DNA of 50,465 bases, taken from NCBI GenBank assembly GCA_008632985.1, contig QPGO01000349.1:1-50465 (forward strand), written 5' to 3'. The position numbers and the translations under genes were made by a program. The stretch is from Psammoneis japonica. Taxonomy: Eukaryota. Under the pieces are notes generated by a model, which had not been told where the DNA came from, made no database searches, and saw nothing but the letters and a program-made list of their open reading frames with translations. Of the stretch, positions 35,926-49,343 are shown piece by piece (position 1 is the first letter of the stretch; every line of letters starts with the position of its first letter).

Positions 35926-36204
35926 TCCAATGCACTGTTGTGCAATCAGCACTGAGTCTGCTGAGGAAGTTTGTGACACATGTCCCGTGGGGACTTGAGT
36001 GCCAGTGAAAAGGTTGTTTAGATGCACACGCTCTGGACACATCAGAGGGCGCAATGCAGCGATCCGGCCACACCTTTTCATCGTGATTTTTGCTCCTTTT
36101 TTGCAGACAAATTTTTGCAGTTTCAAACCCAATTGGTTGTGCAGCTGGCAACAAATTTCAATCTGTGACAGGCAATTTATTTGGCTGTGGAGACCTCTTT
36201 TTGT

Positions 36205-36593
36205 ATGCATTCCAGGTCTGGGTGGGACCTCGCACTGCTGAGCTGTGACATCAACAGTTTTTTGAATCATGTCGCATGTCGCGCATGCAGATTTCTACGT
36301 GAATTTTTTGATGTTTTGTGTCATTTTATGGTGCACTTGTTGAGCGATCCGTCCATCAACTTTTGACATTTTTTGTCACAGAGCGATTCTATGATGTCTT
36401 AAGAATCGCACAGGGCAGGCACGTTTGCAAAAACGTCGAGTGGCAAGAGGCACAATTGCACCACAAATTTGGCCGTTTGTTTGATGTTGAAGACAAACAC
36501 ATCCATTGATTGAATTCTTGCACTGCGGAGCTTGCACGCAGAATTCTGTGGGCCCAATGTCACACGGAGTCCCACCCAGGGCTGGAACGTGTC
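36205..36593 (+). mobile_element. MITE family A (first G missing)
   Basis: ATGCATTCCAGGTC... / ...CTGGAACGTGTC; TSD TTGT. Confidence 0.9.
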
Positions 36594-37434
36594 TTGTCCA
36601 CAAGAAAACAACTTCAGCTGTCTAAACGCCCCCCTCTTTTCTCCCATTTTGCACGTGCCTTTGTTCACTGTGACAGCTGACAATCAACATCATTGGCATT
36701 TTTTACATCATGTGCCTGTTTTGTTGTTTAAAGTGGTGCACACAATGAACCCAGTCCACTCTTTGCAATCAACAGTGATGCCTTGCCACAGCTTTTTAAC
36801 GTTGATTGTCAATCAATGCCAAGTCAATGCTGCAGTCCCGGTTGTTCTGCATTTCCAATTTGCTTGCATGCTGGAGTCTTGATTCCTTTGCTTTTGTTGC
36901 TGTCTTCTTGGCTGGCTGCGTCTTCCTCCTCATCTCTTTTGCCACCTGGTGCACTCGTCACTTTGTCGTCCTCCTCATCATCACTAGAAAGCTCCATTGT
37001 TGCTTGCATTCTCCTCTCTGATTCCGCTTGTTTTTTAGTGTTTCTTCCCTTTTTTCCTTTGCCTTCACTCTCCTTTTTCTTTTTGTCTGTGCACCACATG
37101 TCAAAATGCACACCCTGCTCACTCGCCCTGTCTTCCTTTGTCTCCTTCAGCAGTTCGTTGAAGCGCAGCATTCCGTGATCCTTCCAAGAGTCATGCTGTT
37201 GCGACGGGTCTGTGTGCAATGGCACCGGTTTCCCCTCTTCGCTCCCTTTGTCATTTCCCTCCTGCATTTTCTTGTGCTCCCAAACCTTCCAGTGGTTTTC
37301 CATCATCAACGGGGCCAGTGCCTGGTCGCTGCTTGCCACAGCCAGATCTGTGGCCTTGGTGCTGCCAGACTCTGCCATCCCACTCCACACTGCAGTTCTC
37401 TTCATGAATTTTGGGATGTTGCTGCAGAACCATG

Positions 37435-37750
37435 TGCAACATGCATTGTTGTGCACATTGTGTGTGCACATGTGGACACATCAAACAATTTGTGCTTCAA
37501 CCACACGTCAATCGTGGGTTTGTGCGAAGGACAGATCAATCACACAGAATTGATTGGATGTCGAAAATGGCAAATGCGATGGTGCGATGATGTTGACATC
37601 TCATGTGTCAATGTCATTTGTGTCCCGACAATCTGTTGTCATGATCTTGTTCTCCAAAAGGCCTCTTGTCTGTGGGAACAGTGCAAATGCTTTGGGCCAT
37701 TGAGAACCCATTCGGAGAAACCCAAAATGATTGAGCAGAAATGAATCTCA
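37435..37750 (+). repeat. Gypsy 5' LTR (316 bp)
   Basis: Direct repeat of 43371..43687; starts TGCAACAT, ends AATCTCA. Confidence 0.9.
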
Positions 37751-39378
37751 TGAAACGCCCTGCTTCTTGCAGTGCTCGACATTGACAGAGTGCAGGTGCG
37801 ACTGTCCTTCTTCTTGGGATAAAAACACTGCTCGGTTTGAGCGTCTTTGGCTTGGAACTTGATTCCAATGGCTGAGGAACGATTTTCTCTTGCCTTGACG
37901 AAGTCTTGGCATTAGTCACATGAGGTGAAAGCTTCATCTTTGACTTGTCACCTTCTGTGGTGTGGTGTTTTCATCCCAAGAAGAAGGATGGTTGCACCCA
38001 CACTGTCAATGTTGAGTGCTGCAAGAAGCAGGGGGGTCCCAAGTGCACCGAATTTCTCAAGAGCTACGATCAACTTCTGGTGGGCCAGAACATCAAGAAG
38101 CAAGCGGGTGAGTTCCGTCTCATGCACGCGCTGTTGCAAGGAGATGCTCTGTGTGCTTTTGAGAATGGCGCGACGAATGTTGAAGACGAATCTGAAGAAG
38201 GAAGCTTCGAGAAATGTCTGCAGCACCTTGCACAACATGTGTTTCCCAAGAACACACTCCAGATTCAGAAACGTCATTTGCATCGCCATCTCAAGAAGCC
38301 AGAGTCCACGAAAGCATGCAAAATTGCTGCTTGGGTCCAGGAAATCAACGAAGACCTCAAGTTCTGTCCTCCCTTTGAAGAGGATCAGAAGATTGAGGAG
38401 GACAAGCTCAAGAACATCCTCTTTAATCTTGCACCTCAAAAGTGGCAGCTTCAGTCGACTGTCCAAGGTTTCAAAATTTTGAAACATGCCTGCGACGAGT
38501 TGGTTGAGTTTGTGGAGCACCCAGAGGTCACAGAGGACATGTTTGACAGCATTCATGTCAAGGCTGATGCCAGCAACAGTGCTGGATCAAAAGCCAGGAA
38601 TGGCTCCAAACGTGGTTCCAAAAATGGTCACCAACATGGCACCGAAAATTCTCAGTCCAAAAAGTGGTGCACATCATGCAAAAAATCCACTCACAACATG
38701 GACAAATGCTGGTCGATCAAGAAACCAGCAAAAGAATGCTGTGGAAACATTGAGCGTGATCCAAAACGGCGCCGTTCAGATGGCAATTGCAAATGCCTCT
38801 TGCAAGGAAGAGTTGAATGCCATGGCAGTCCAGGCAGTTCAAAAAATGCTCAAGGCGAGTTCCTCAAACAAGGACAAAAAGTGCAAGAGCAAAGATTGTG
38901 ACTCTGACACCCTTGATGAGGAGAACTGTCAATTTGAAAAAATTGATGCGCGGTGATTCTGACGAATGACTTGCATCGCAAGAGGAGTCTTGTGCATCGC
39001 TGGATGTTGGGAAGCCCGGAAAAGGTCCAAAGCAATTCGCGCCAATCCAGCAGCTGTCGCTCACATGAGTGCCTCATTGGGCAAAGCAAAAAACAAGCCT
39101 CTGCTCATTCTCCTTGACAGCGGAACATCGTCAACCACAATTTTGCGCAAATTCACGTGGAAACTCAGAACAAAAACATCCGCCACCAAAATCTGGGAAA
39201 CCAAAGGAGGGCACTTTACGACTGATGGTCGGTGCAAAATCCAACTCTCCTTGCCCAAATTTGACAAACATGAGATGATTGAAACAACGGCCTGTGTTGA
39301 TGACACCCCTTCTTCTTCGAGTCATCATGACATGATCATGGGACACGACTCAATGTCAAGTCTGGGAATGGTGTTGGA

Positions 39379-39768
39379 GACGCGTTCCAGCCCTGGGTGG
39401 GACTCCGTGTGACATTGGGCCCGTGGAATTCTACGTGCGAGCTCCGTAGTGCGAGAATTTAATCAATGGACACATTTGTCTTCAACATCAAACAAACGGC
39501 CAAGTTTGTGGTGCAATTGTGCCTCTTGCCACTCGACGTTTTTGCAAATGCGCCTGCCCCACGCGATTCACAAGACATTGTAGAATCGCGCTGTAACAAA
39601 AAATGTCAAAAGTTGTTGGACGGATCGCTCAATAAATGTGCCGTAAAATGACACAAAATGTCGAAAAAATCACGTAGAAATCTGCGTGCGCGACATGCGA
39701 CGTGATTCAAAAAACTGTTGATGTCACGGTTCAGTGGTGCGAGGTCCCACCTAGACCTGGAACGCGTC
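39379..39768 (-). mobile_element. MITE family A in Gypsy protease region
   Basis: TSD TGGA; removal restores LGMVLDFSNEE. Confidence 0.95.
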
Positions 39769-42013
39769 TGGACTTCTCAAATGAAGAGATCAAATGGGAG
39801 GATGCAGCTGCACCCATGAAGAATGTTGATGCACTCTTTGATGCCGATGTTTTTAAGTTGATTGCCAATCATGTTGAGGAATCTCATGCTGTGATCAGCC
39901 TCAATGACAGGGTCAATCGGATCCTTGACTCAGATTGTCATGCTGCTGACCCCAACAATGTGACAGCAGCAGCAACTCATCTAACTCCAGAAGAGCAGAA
40001 GCAGCCAAACTTCCTCTTAAAAAGATTTGAAGACCTTTTCGATGGTTCTCTGGGCAAATGGACTGGGAAGCCGGTGGATTTAAAGTTGAAATCGGGCGTG
40101 AGTCCGCATCGTGCCAAACCATTTCCTGCACCACAAGCCTTGGAGGTGACTGCTTGAAAGGAGGTTGAAAGACCATGCAAATTAAAAGTCTCAAGAAAAA
40201 CAAATTGTTCTGAATGGGCAGCTCCAACTTTCACTCAACCAAAGAAAAATGGTCAAGCTCAGTTTTTGTCTGACTTTCGTGAGCTGAACAAGAGGTTGAT
40301 GCGTGCGCCATTTCCTCTGCCCAATGTTCAGGATGTGCCACAGAAACTTGAAGGTTTCATGCATGCAACATCCCTTGATTTGAACATGGGATGCCATCAC
40401 TTCAAATTGACGCCACATGCACGTCATTTGTGCATGATTGTCATGCCTTGGGGCAAATTTGAATGCTGTGGACTCCCTGTGGGAATCTGTGGAGCTCCAG
40501 ATGTTTTCCAAGAGCCCATGAGTGAGCTCATGGCAGGTCTGGAGTTCGTCAGGACTTGCATTGATGACATGCTGTGCCTTGAAAAAGGTGATTTCCAAGA
40601 CCACCTCAAGAAGCTTGAGACGGTGTTTCTGTGCGCCTTGAACAAGCGGGGCTGAAGGTCAATGCGGAAAAGTCTTTTTTTGCCAAACCCAAAGTGGGCT
40701 GTCTGGGCTTTCATGTCACCCGCAATGGCATCAGCCCCATTCCAAAAAAGGCAGAAGCAATTCACGTGATTGCAGCTCCCAAAACTTGCAAAGAATTGTG
40801 GCGCTTTGTCGGCATGATCAACTGCTGCTGTCAAGACATGTGGCCTCGATGATCTCATGTTCCAGCTCCTTCAGCCAAACTTGCTTCAACCCAAGCAAAG
40901 TGGCAATGGACCAAAACAGAACAAAAAGCCTTCAAAACCATGAAGCACATCATCTCCAAAGATGTGCTGTTGTCACATCCAAATTTCAACACACCCTTTG
41001 AGATGTGCGCTGATGCAAGCAATTCTCAATTGGGGGCGGTTGTCACACAGAATAACCAACCAATTGCCTTCTGCAGCCGCAAGCTGAATGGAGCACAGAC
41101 GCGTTACACTGCAATGGAAAAAGAGCCATTGTCCACAGTGGAGACGTCAAAAGAGTTCCAAAACACACTGTTTGGCCAACAGACAAACACACACACGGAC
41201 CACAAAAATCTCACACACAAAAATTTCACAATGGACAGAGTCACGCATTGGCGTCTAACAACAGAAGAGTGCAGTCCCAAAATGACATGTCTCGAGGGCA
41301 AGGCGAATGTTGTCGCAGATGCGATTGGCCAACTCACTGTGAAAAAAAAACAGAGCCCATGGAAAACCTCAGCACAGAAGAGTTGGCTGAAAAGGTCCAA
41401 CCAAAATCCCACAACAATGTCTTTCCGTTAAGTTGCAAAGTTCTTGATGCTGAACAAAAACGGGACAAAGACATTCTCTCCAAATTGTCCAACAAGACAT
41501 TTCATGCAAAGACTTTTCGTGGAGGCGAGCAAGACCGGTTGCTCACATGTCACAAGGACAAAATCGTTGTTCCAAAGATGTTGCAAAAGGCAGTGACAGA
41601 TTGGTGTCACACGTGTCTTCTTCACCCTGGCACAAATCAAACAGAAGAAACAATCTCACAACACTTGTGGTGGTCTGCCTTGCGTGAAGACATGCGAGGG
41701 TGCGTGTCAAGATGTGAGATGTGCCAGAAATTCAAAAAGAAACACAAGAAATGCAGACATTTGCCTCCCAAGTGCACAGAATCAGTGCCATGGGAATGAC
41801 TGTGTGTGGATCTCATTGGACCACATGAAACACATCACAAGGGAAAGAAGAAACCCCTGGCCCTGAAGTGTTTGACAATGGTTGATCCAGCAACCGGGTG
41901 GTTTGAAGTTGTGGAAATTCCAAATGAGGAATCCACAGCTGCAGCTGGGCCATTAGAATGGACATGGTCAAGTGGATGTCCTTGGCCATCGTTGATCACT
42001 TGTGACCGTGGAA

Positions 42014-42403
42014 GATGCATTCCAGGTCTGGGTGGGACCTCGTGCCACTGAACTGTGACATCGGCAGTTTTTTGAATCACATCGCATGTCGCGCACGCAG
42101 ATTTCTACGTGATTTTTTCGACATTTTGTGTCATTTTACGGTGCACTTGTTGAGCGATCCGTCCAACAACTTTTGACATTTTTTGTTGCAGCGCGATTCT
42201 ACAATGTCTTAAGAATTGTGCAGGGCAGGCACGTTTGCAAAAACGTCGAGTGGCAAGAGGCACAATTGCACCACAAACTTGGCCGTTTGTTTGATGTTGA
42301 AGATGAACACATCCATTGATTAAATTCTCGCACTGCAGAGCTTGCACATGGAATTCTGCGGGCCCAATGTCACACGGAGTCCCACCTGGGGCTGGAACGC
42401 GTC
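42014..42403 (+). mobile_element. MITE family A in Gypsy integrase core
   Basis: TSD GGAA; removal restores DRGSEF. Confidence 0.95.
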
Positions 42404-42744
42404 GGAAGTGAGTTCATCGGGCACCAATTTAAAGACATGGTGCAAGATGATCATGGCATTAAAGTCAAGCCTGCAACTGCACAAAATCCACAAGCAAACA
42501 AAGTTGTTGAACGCACACATCAAGTGATGGGAAACATGATCTGCGCACTTGATTTGCAACATGCACCTCTGGATGCTGAGGATCCTTTTGCTGGAATGTT
42601 GTCAGCAGTGGCACTTGCAGTGCATTCTGCACATCATGCCACTGCGCAAGCTGTGCCTGGACAACTGGTCTTTAACAGAGACATGATGTTCAATGTCCAA
42701 CATGACGCAGACTGGAAATTCATCCAGCAGCAAAAACAAAAAAT

Positions 42745-43140
42745 GATGCATTCCAGACGCAGGTGGGAATCCGTGTGACATTGGGCCCACAGACTTCTGC
42801 GTGCAAGCTCCGCAGCAAAACTGTGCGGCAATTAAAATGTCAATGATCGCCAACAGAAAATGAGGCAATTTTGCGAATGCACAAACTCGCACATGATTGA
42901 AGCACATCATTTTTTACTTGGCCAGTTACATTCTTCAGATGTTGAAGAATGTAACTGGCACATTGTTGTTTCTATAAATTTGTTGTGTAAAACGTCTGGG
43001 GCTTCGCAAAACAGCGAGTCTGGACAATTTTTTTTAAATGTCACACGTAGAAATCTACGTGCGAAACATGCGACGGATGACAAAAATTGTTGTTGTCACA
43101 CGTCAGCACTGCGAGCTCCCACCTGGGGCTGGAACGTGTC
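42745..43140 (-). mobile_element. MITE family B-like copy in Gypsy integrase C-terminus
   Basis: TSD AAAT; removal restores QQKQKITNENNAREN. Confidence 0.9.
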
Positions 43141-43370
43141 AAATCACAAATGAGAACAATGCTCGAGAGAACACACAGAGCAGGAAAAAAGATGCTGCTC
43201 AAGAAAGACTTGCAGAAACTAGAACAGCCCCATGTTGGACCGCATGCAATGACAACGGCACACACCAATGGCGCAGTGCAGATCAGACGTGGTGACGTCA
43301 TTGACGCTGTCAACATCCACTGGATTGTGCCGTTTGACGACTGACTCCAATGTGCAGTTGGGGAGGCGAA

Positions 43371-43687
43371 TGCAACATGCGTTGTTGTGTGCATTGTGCA
43401 CGTGTGTGTGGATGTGTCAAACAAATTTGTGCTTCAATCGCACGTCAATCGTGGGTTTGTGCGAAGGACAGATCAATCACACAGAATTGATCGGATGTCG
43501 AAAATGGCAAATGCGATTGCACAATGATGTTGACATCTTGTGTGTCAACATCACTCACATCCGGAAAATCTGTTGTCATGATCTTGTTCACCGAAAGGCC
43601 TCTTGTCTGCAGGAACAGTGCAAATGCTTTGGGCCATTGAGAACCCATTTGGAGAAACCCGAAATGATTGAGAAGAAACAAATCTCA
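43371..43687 (+). repeat. Gypsy 3' LTR (317 bp)
   Basis: Direct repeat of 37435..37750, preceded by the polypurine tract. Confidence 0.9.
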
Positions 43688-44639
43688 TAATTTTCACTTT
43701 TCACACTTGACTCCACTTTCGTTTGTGCTCGTTCTTCAAGCACAGTGCACATGCGCACGCCTCCCTGTTCTTTTGCTTCTCAAACACAATTGTGTCCACC
43801 GTCCCATCCTCCCAAGTCACAATGAACTCTTCTTCAATGTCAGCTTTGTCCTGTTTCCGCTTCTTTCCGGGTGCCTTCTTCCTTGCTTCTTTCTTCCTTT
43901 TCCCGCGGATTTCCCTGGCTTGTTTTTCTGTTGTGATGACTGCAGCGAAACAAGAAATTCATTGGCAGCACCACACATGTTTCCACATTGGAAATGCCCC
44001 ACTCTGCTGCACTTGCCACTCATTGCACTCTTCATTGTCATCTGACACACGGTGTTTCTTTTTGCATTGATCGCATTGAGCACGCTTTTTTTAGCCCAGT
44101 CCTCCCACAATCCTGCCCACTTGTGCTTGCTGAACTCAACATCTGCCATGTTTTTGTGCATCAGCCGGGACACCTTGCCGCCACTTGCCATGTCTGCCTT
44201 CACAAGGAATTTTGCCTTTGGGAGCAGCTCTCTCCGTGCCACCTCTTCCACCTCTCTCTCTTCAGCGGCTGGTGATCAGCAGCAGCCCCCGACTGCTGCA
44301 ATGCTGCTGCAAACCTGGGGCTGTTGAGCGCTCCCTCTGCCCCTGCAGCATCCTTCTTTGCCGCTTTCTTCCTCCTTCCCATCGTCCTCAACTCATTGTG
44401 CCATGGTCAGTTCCTCCAGCTGCCACAATTGTGCAGTGCAGCAGCTCTTCAGAGGAAGACCGTCTTTGCAAAATTTCAAACCTGTTTCCTGACACTCTGA
44501 TGGTGATGCTGCTTCCCCTCTTCATGCATTTTTAGCTGGCATTTCTTTCCAAAACAATCACAATCAGCAATGTTCATTGCTTTTCTTTGAAAACCACATC
44601 CTTGGCTGTGTTCACTTCAGCTCAAGAGACAAAACATTC

Positions 44640-46000
44640 AGCTCAAATGTTGTGATTGATCGTCAATGACAAATTTGACATGTGACTTGATCATTGCATT
44701 TGCAACTTTTAATTGTGCAGAATTGTGCATGAACATTGATCCCTGCAAAGGGCTGAAGTTTGCATCCATGCTCCATGCGCTCTTGACCCCTGACAGATGC
44801 TTGGCGCCAAAGTCAATCTCCAACATGCTTTTTCCATTGCATCCTCCTCTAAATGGACAATGACAAAATTGCTGCACCTCCCCTCACATGGGCAATCAGT
44901 CATGCGATCAAACGTGCTTGTTGCCTCACAAACACAACCAACAAAATGCTTGACGTGATGATGACGGATCTTTTCTTTCTTCATTTTTAGATGTTGTCTC
45001 TGCCATTTCCTCTCCTTTTCATTGTCACACCAACAGTTGGAACCCCCACCCAAGTCCATTTTCTCCATGATTTCCAAGATCCAACCGTCAACCATCCTTG
45101 GTGTCAATTCAAAGAACTCCAATTCATCGCACCGCCACAACCTGCAAGGTGCGTCTCACTGGACTTGTTGCTCAAAAAAATGCACCAGCTTCCTGGCATC
45201 AAACACAATGCCCTTTCTGTCCATGATTGGCGAGTGCACACCTCCCAAACCATTGTCCGATGCAAGTGGTCCGCATCTCCTGCTTTGGTCCATTCCACAT
45301 GTGGGCAAGCTGATGGTTGATTCTTCTCTCAATGCATCAACATCTTGCTTGTCAATCACCATGCGAAGCTCGCCCTCCCTTGATCCAGCTGCCAAAAGAT
45401 CCATCAGCTCATTGCTTGGGTCGTTTGACCAGCCACTTGCACAACGCTGTTCTCCCTGTCTGGGTGCATTGCTGTTGAGCTCCAATGCTGCCATGTTTTG
45501 TGAGCATTCCTCATGTGCTCGATGATCAAACTTGCGTGCTCGTCCTTGTCGTGGATGGAGAACATGGCCTGGGCAGTGTGCGTGCATTCCCTCACTTCCA
45601 AGGTCCATCCATGCATGTTCTCATGCACCCGGCTCACAATCTTGTGCTTGGTTTCCCACAGTTCCTTCCATTTCTCCTTGATGGTTTGTTTGCCCCTCTC
45701 CATCTTTTTCAAATGAATCTCCCAAATTGCATCGACATCTGTGGGCTCATCGCCCAAGTCACTGCACGCGACCTTGCTGCATGAGCCAATTAAACGACAC
45801 ATGTCTCAGCTCTTTTTTTGATGTGCTGCAGTCCATCTCCATCTTTTCTTCTCTTGTTTTGTGTTTCAGACTGTTCACCTCAGCCAGTTTCCTCCAGCAG
45901 TTGTCAGGCCAGCGTGCCAGCAACAAATCGTTCTGGATGATGGAAGCCATGGTCAAACTGCAGGTCACTTGTCAAATTGCAGTGACGCGGGTGTTGTTCT
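44640..46000 (-). pseudogene. Degraded hypothetical gene divergent from the Plavaka-like transposase
   Basis: Protein-like fragments in shifting frames (VDAIWEIHLKKMERGKQTIKEKWKELW; RKGIVFDARKLVHFFEQ; RMVDGWILEIMEKMDLG). No family recognised. Confidence 0.3.
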
Positions 46001-48894
46001 TGGTTTTTTGACACTGTGCCACTGGTGGAACCAACGGCCGTGAAACCACGTCCGTTTTTTCACTGTGTGCACAAGCCAAAGAATTGACAGTGAGTGGTGG
46101 CCACAAAACATTCTGAAGACCATGTTCTGACTTGCTCTTTCCTTTCCATTGGCAGCTCTTGCATTCTCATTTGTTGTTCAATCTGAAAGTGTTCAATGAT
46201 CCCAATGCAATCTTTTGATGGGAGACCGCAAAAGCATTCGTCAATGCAAAAAAACAAATGAGCACAATTTTTGCGCCAATTTCATGTCTTGCATCCTGTT
46301 GCCCCTCACCACACTCACCGTCCACATGACCAAATCTTGGCCAGAACCATTTGCACAATTTTTCTCACCAATTTCTGAGTGTTTCTTTCCACAAAAGCTG
46401 CAAAATGGAGCTGCTGCAGTCTGACAACAAGGGTGAAGAAGCAATTGCCTGTCCTTGTTGCCAGCACTCATTCCAGCGCACACTCGGTCACTTAAATCGC
46501 AATCCACAATGTCTCTCTGTTGCTCGCAAAATGTCAAACTTGGCGGCACAAGGTGCGTCGGGACCCAACTTGTTTCCCGATGATTGTGTCAAAGTGGTTG
46601 GCAGGCGGAGCACCTCTGGGAATGCAAATGTGCGGGACCAAAGTTCTCGGGGACTCAATTTTTCCTTGTCATCAAACGACACCTCCGCACATGGATTGAG
46701 GCGGTCACGACGAGGAGCCTCCATTTCCAATGCCCGCATGGCTGGCTTCACCCGGTCATCTGAACTGCCTTCTGACGCTCCATGGTCACCAGCATTCAAA
46801 GACAACATGTCCCCTCTCTCCTCCATTTGCAGCTTGGACAATGACAATTTCATGTCACTTGAGATGCTTTCAGACAAAAGCAGCGATTCAGAAGCAAACT
46901 CTTTCACTGTGCTTTCAGACATCATCATGGATCTTTCCAATGGCAATGAGATGGATGACATGCAATCATCTCAAGGGAACGTCTCCTCCCTGTTGGATGA
47001 CAGCAGATTGGGCAAGATTTGCCAACACCCAGCCAAGATTGCCTTCGCCGGCTTGTCATCATTGAGCAACCCAAGCTGGGCCTGTGTGGAGTTGAGCAAG
47101 CTGACAGATGACTGCAGAGTGCCGCTCCACCTGTGCGATGACATTGTCACATTCATCGAAAGGCATTGCGGCACCACATTCAAGCTCGGCACAAGAACAC
47201 CTCATTGCAGTGCACTGATGGAAACTCTTTCCAGCTTGTTTCCAGGACCAGAGCAAGAGATGATCCCGGTTAACCTGGAAACTCCAAGTGGCAAACATGG
47301 TGAGAAAATGGTCATGGTGCCATGATGGAACTTTGAAGAGGTGTGGAAATCACACATGTCAGACACTTGCACGTGGGCGGAGAAAAGCAATCTTGTGGAC
47401 CCACACCATCCTTTTGGCATGTGTGTTGCCAAGGGCTCGGATGACAAACGCATCTTGGCTGGAGAGTGGCACCAGAGCATGCACTTGGCTGCAGTCAAGG
47501 ATCCACTGAAAAAGTTCTTGGAATGTTTGACAGTCTGTGCAGACAAGACGGGACAGACAGCTTCAATGGGATCTTCTTGCAGAGAACCCATGATGGTGAC
47601 CTCCGCACATGTCGCCTTCAAACAGTGGCACAACAAAGCAAAGTGGAGAGTTCTTGGATGCATTCCCGACCTTGAAAAAATGTCGTTGTCTGCAGCCAAA
47701 CAGCAGTCCAATGCACGCAAGTCGGAAAAGGGGCAAAGTCTTCATGACTGCCACAAGGTTTTGAAAACCACACTTCAGCCTCTGCTTGGTGCAATGGAGC
47801 GGGGTGGCTGTGGGTGTCATGTGTGACAAAGCAATGAGATCCATTGCCTGCATGTGACTCCAGCCACAATCCTGATCAATGGGGATGCAAAGAGCGGAGA
47901 CTGCCTCGTGGGAAGGTGTGGCGCAAAGAATTGTCACCAACGTTGCTCCCGTTTTTGCATGACAGGATGCAACGACCTTGACGAACCTTGGAAGGAATGC
48001 AAGCTGGTCCATGCTGGCAACTTGCTGCGATTTCAGTGCAAGGCCAATGATGAAAGTCTTGACGACAAAGAGCGGAATCACTGGAGGGAACAACTGCACT
48101 GCATGAAGCAGCACAATGTTTCAACCAACAGTTTGCTGTGTGCGGACTTTGGCGAGCAACCATTTGGGTTGACTCTTTCCACGGCCAGCAACATGATGCA
48201 CCTGCATGAAAACAGTGCTCTGAAAAGGGAGATTGGTGTGTTTGTAGACAGCATGACTGTCTCCGTGAGAAGCGATGCAGACAGACTGGTGGAAAAGATG
48301 TTTGGGAAACACCGGTCCACTTGCAGCTCCTCTTTTCTGCAAACCAATTTCAAAGGCGGGGCCATTTGTCTTTTGCCTGCTGTTGCTGATGAAGGAGGGT
48401 TGTGAGGTGTGCGCCCCCTGCTTCAGCGAGGAAGACCCAGAGGAACCGTCACTTCCCTTGGGTCGCCACATGCCCAAATTCAGAATGGACCATCACTGCA
48501 TTCCCCAAGAGTGCATCCCAGATGACAATCACCCAGCAGGTGATCATGATGATGGCGCCGATGCATCCGCCGATGAATGCAAGGCTGGCTGTTCTGTGAG
48601 AAACAAAAACAATGATTCAGAAAATGAAGGAGAGGGCAAGTGCAAGTGTGCCAACAAAAGAGACACCCAATTAGATGCAGCGTTTGCCAGCACGCAAAGC
48701 TGCTCAAAGACATGCTTTCATTCCATGCATGGTGCAAGCTGGGCAACCCTCCTGAGGACAGAAACAACCTTCACAAGATGTTGAAAAAAATTTGATTGCT
48801 GGTCACTTGTGCAGCCCATTTCTCCCCAAGGCACGAAGGTGTGGGGCGGAAGCTTCAAAAACTCCATGAATTGATTCATTTGCCCACATTCCTG

Positions 48895-49343
48895 TGCAGC
48901 ATGCATGCAGACAAAAGGTCATTTTTGTCATGACCTTTGTGACATTTAAAGGCTGCAACACATCGCCGCGACACATTGGCTCTTACAAATGGCTGGACAC
49001 TGCACTCCTCCCCATTTGTCGCGCAACCTCGCGGCTCTTGCTGACATGACATGACGCTGAACATGTTTGGTGGAACAGTGTGGGTGCATGTGAAGGAACA
49101 TGCAGAACTTGTGCAGAGTTTTGCGTGCTCGACAGTGATCAACGTTGCTGCAGACATCTCCCACTCAGGGTTTCGAGCCCCTGGCCTTCTGCCCAATGGC
49201 TGCGCAATGAATCACTCTGCTGTGAATTTACAGTGCAGTGTGCATGCAGACAAAAGGTTGTTTTTGTCATGACCTTTGTGACATTTAAAGGCTGCAACAC
49301 ATCGCCGTGATGCGTTGACTCTCATGAGTGGCTGGATGTTGCA
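48895..49343 (-). mobile_element. TRIM (miniature LTR retroelement), 449 bp
   Basis: 110-bp direct repeats 48895..49004 and 49234..49343 with TG...CA ends. PPT (CTCCTCCCCA on plus) at 49005-49014. TSD CCTG. Removal restores IHLPTFLFF..HAMNFD. Confidence 0.9.

Larger units (their letters stand above)
37435..43687 (+). mobile_element. Ty3/Gypsy LTR retrotransposon, full structure but degraded, containing three MITEs
   Basis: LTRs 37435..37750 and 43371..43687 (TG...CA). PPT TGGGGAGGCGAA before the 3' LTR. gag with CxxC..H..C knuckle. Protease LLDSGT. RT EWAAP, DFRELNK and CIDD (YIDD). RNase H DASN and TDHKNL. Integrase H..HPG...C..CQ, DLIGP, DRGSEF and NPQAN..VER. Domain order PR-RT-RH-INT. 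TSD ambiguous. Confidence 0.95.
36824..44530 (-). pseudogene. Helical/charged hypothetical gene (pieces ~44530..43688 and 37434..36824) split by the Gypsy element; possibly an accessory gene of the neighbouring Plavaka-like element
   Basis: Fragments MEEVARRELLPKAKFL...NAINAKRNTVCQMTMK and WFCSNIPKF...SDQALAPLMMENHWKVW...SWKDHGMLRFNELLKE lie on the same strand either side of the LTRs. The link to Plavaka is inference. Confidence 0.45.

Noticed and set aside
37431..43691. Gypsy TSD
   Set aside because: The flanks CATG and TAAT do not match. CATG/CATA fits only if the 3' LTR loses its terminal CA, so it is left uncalled.
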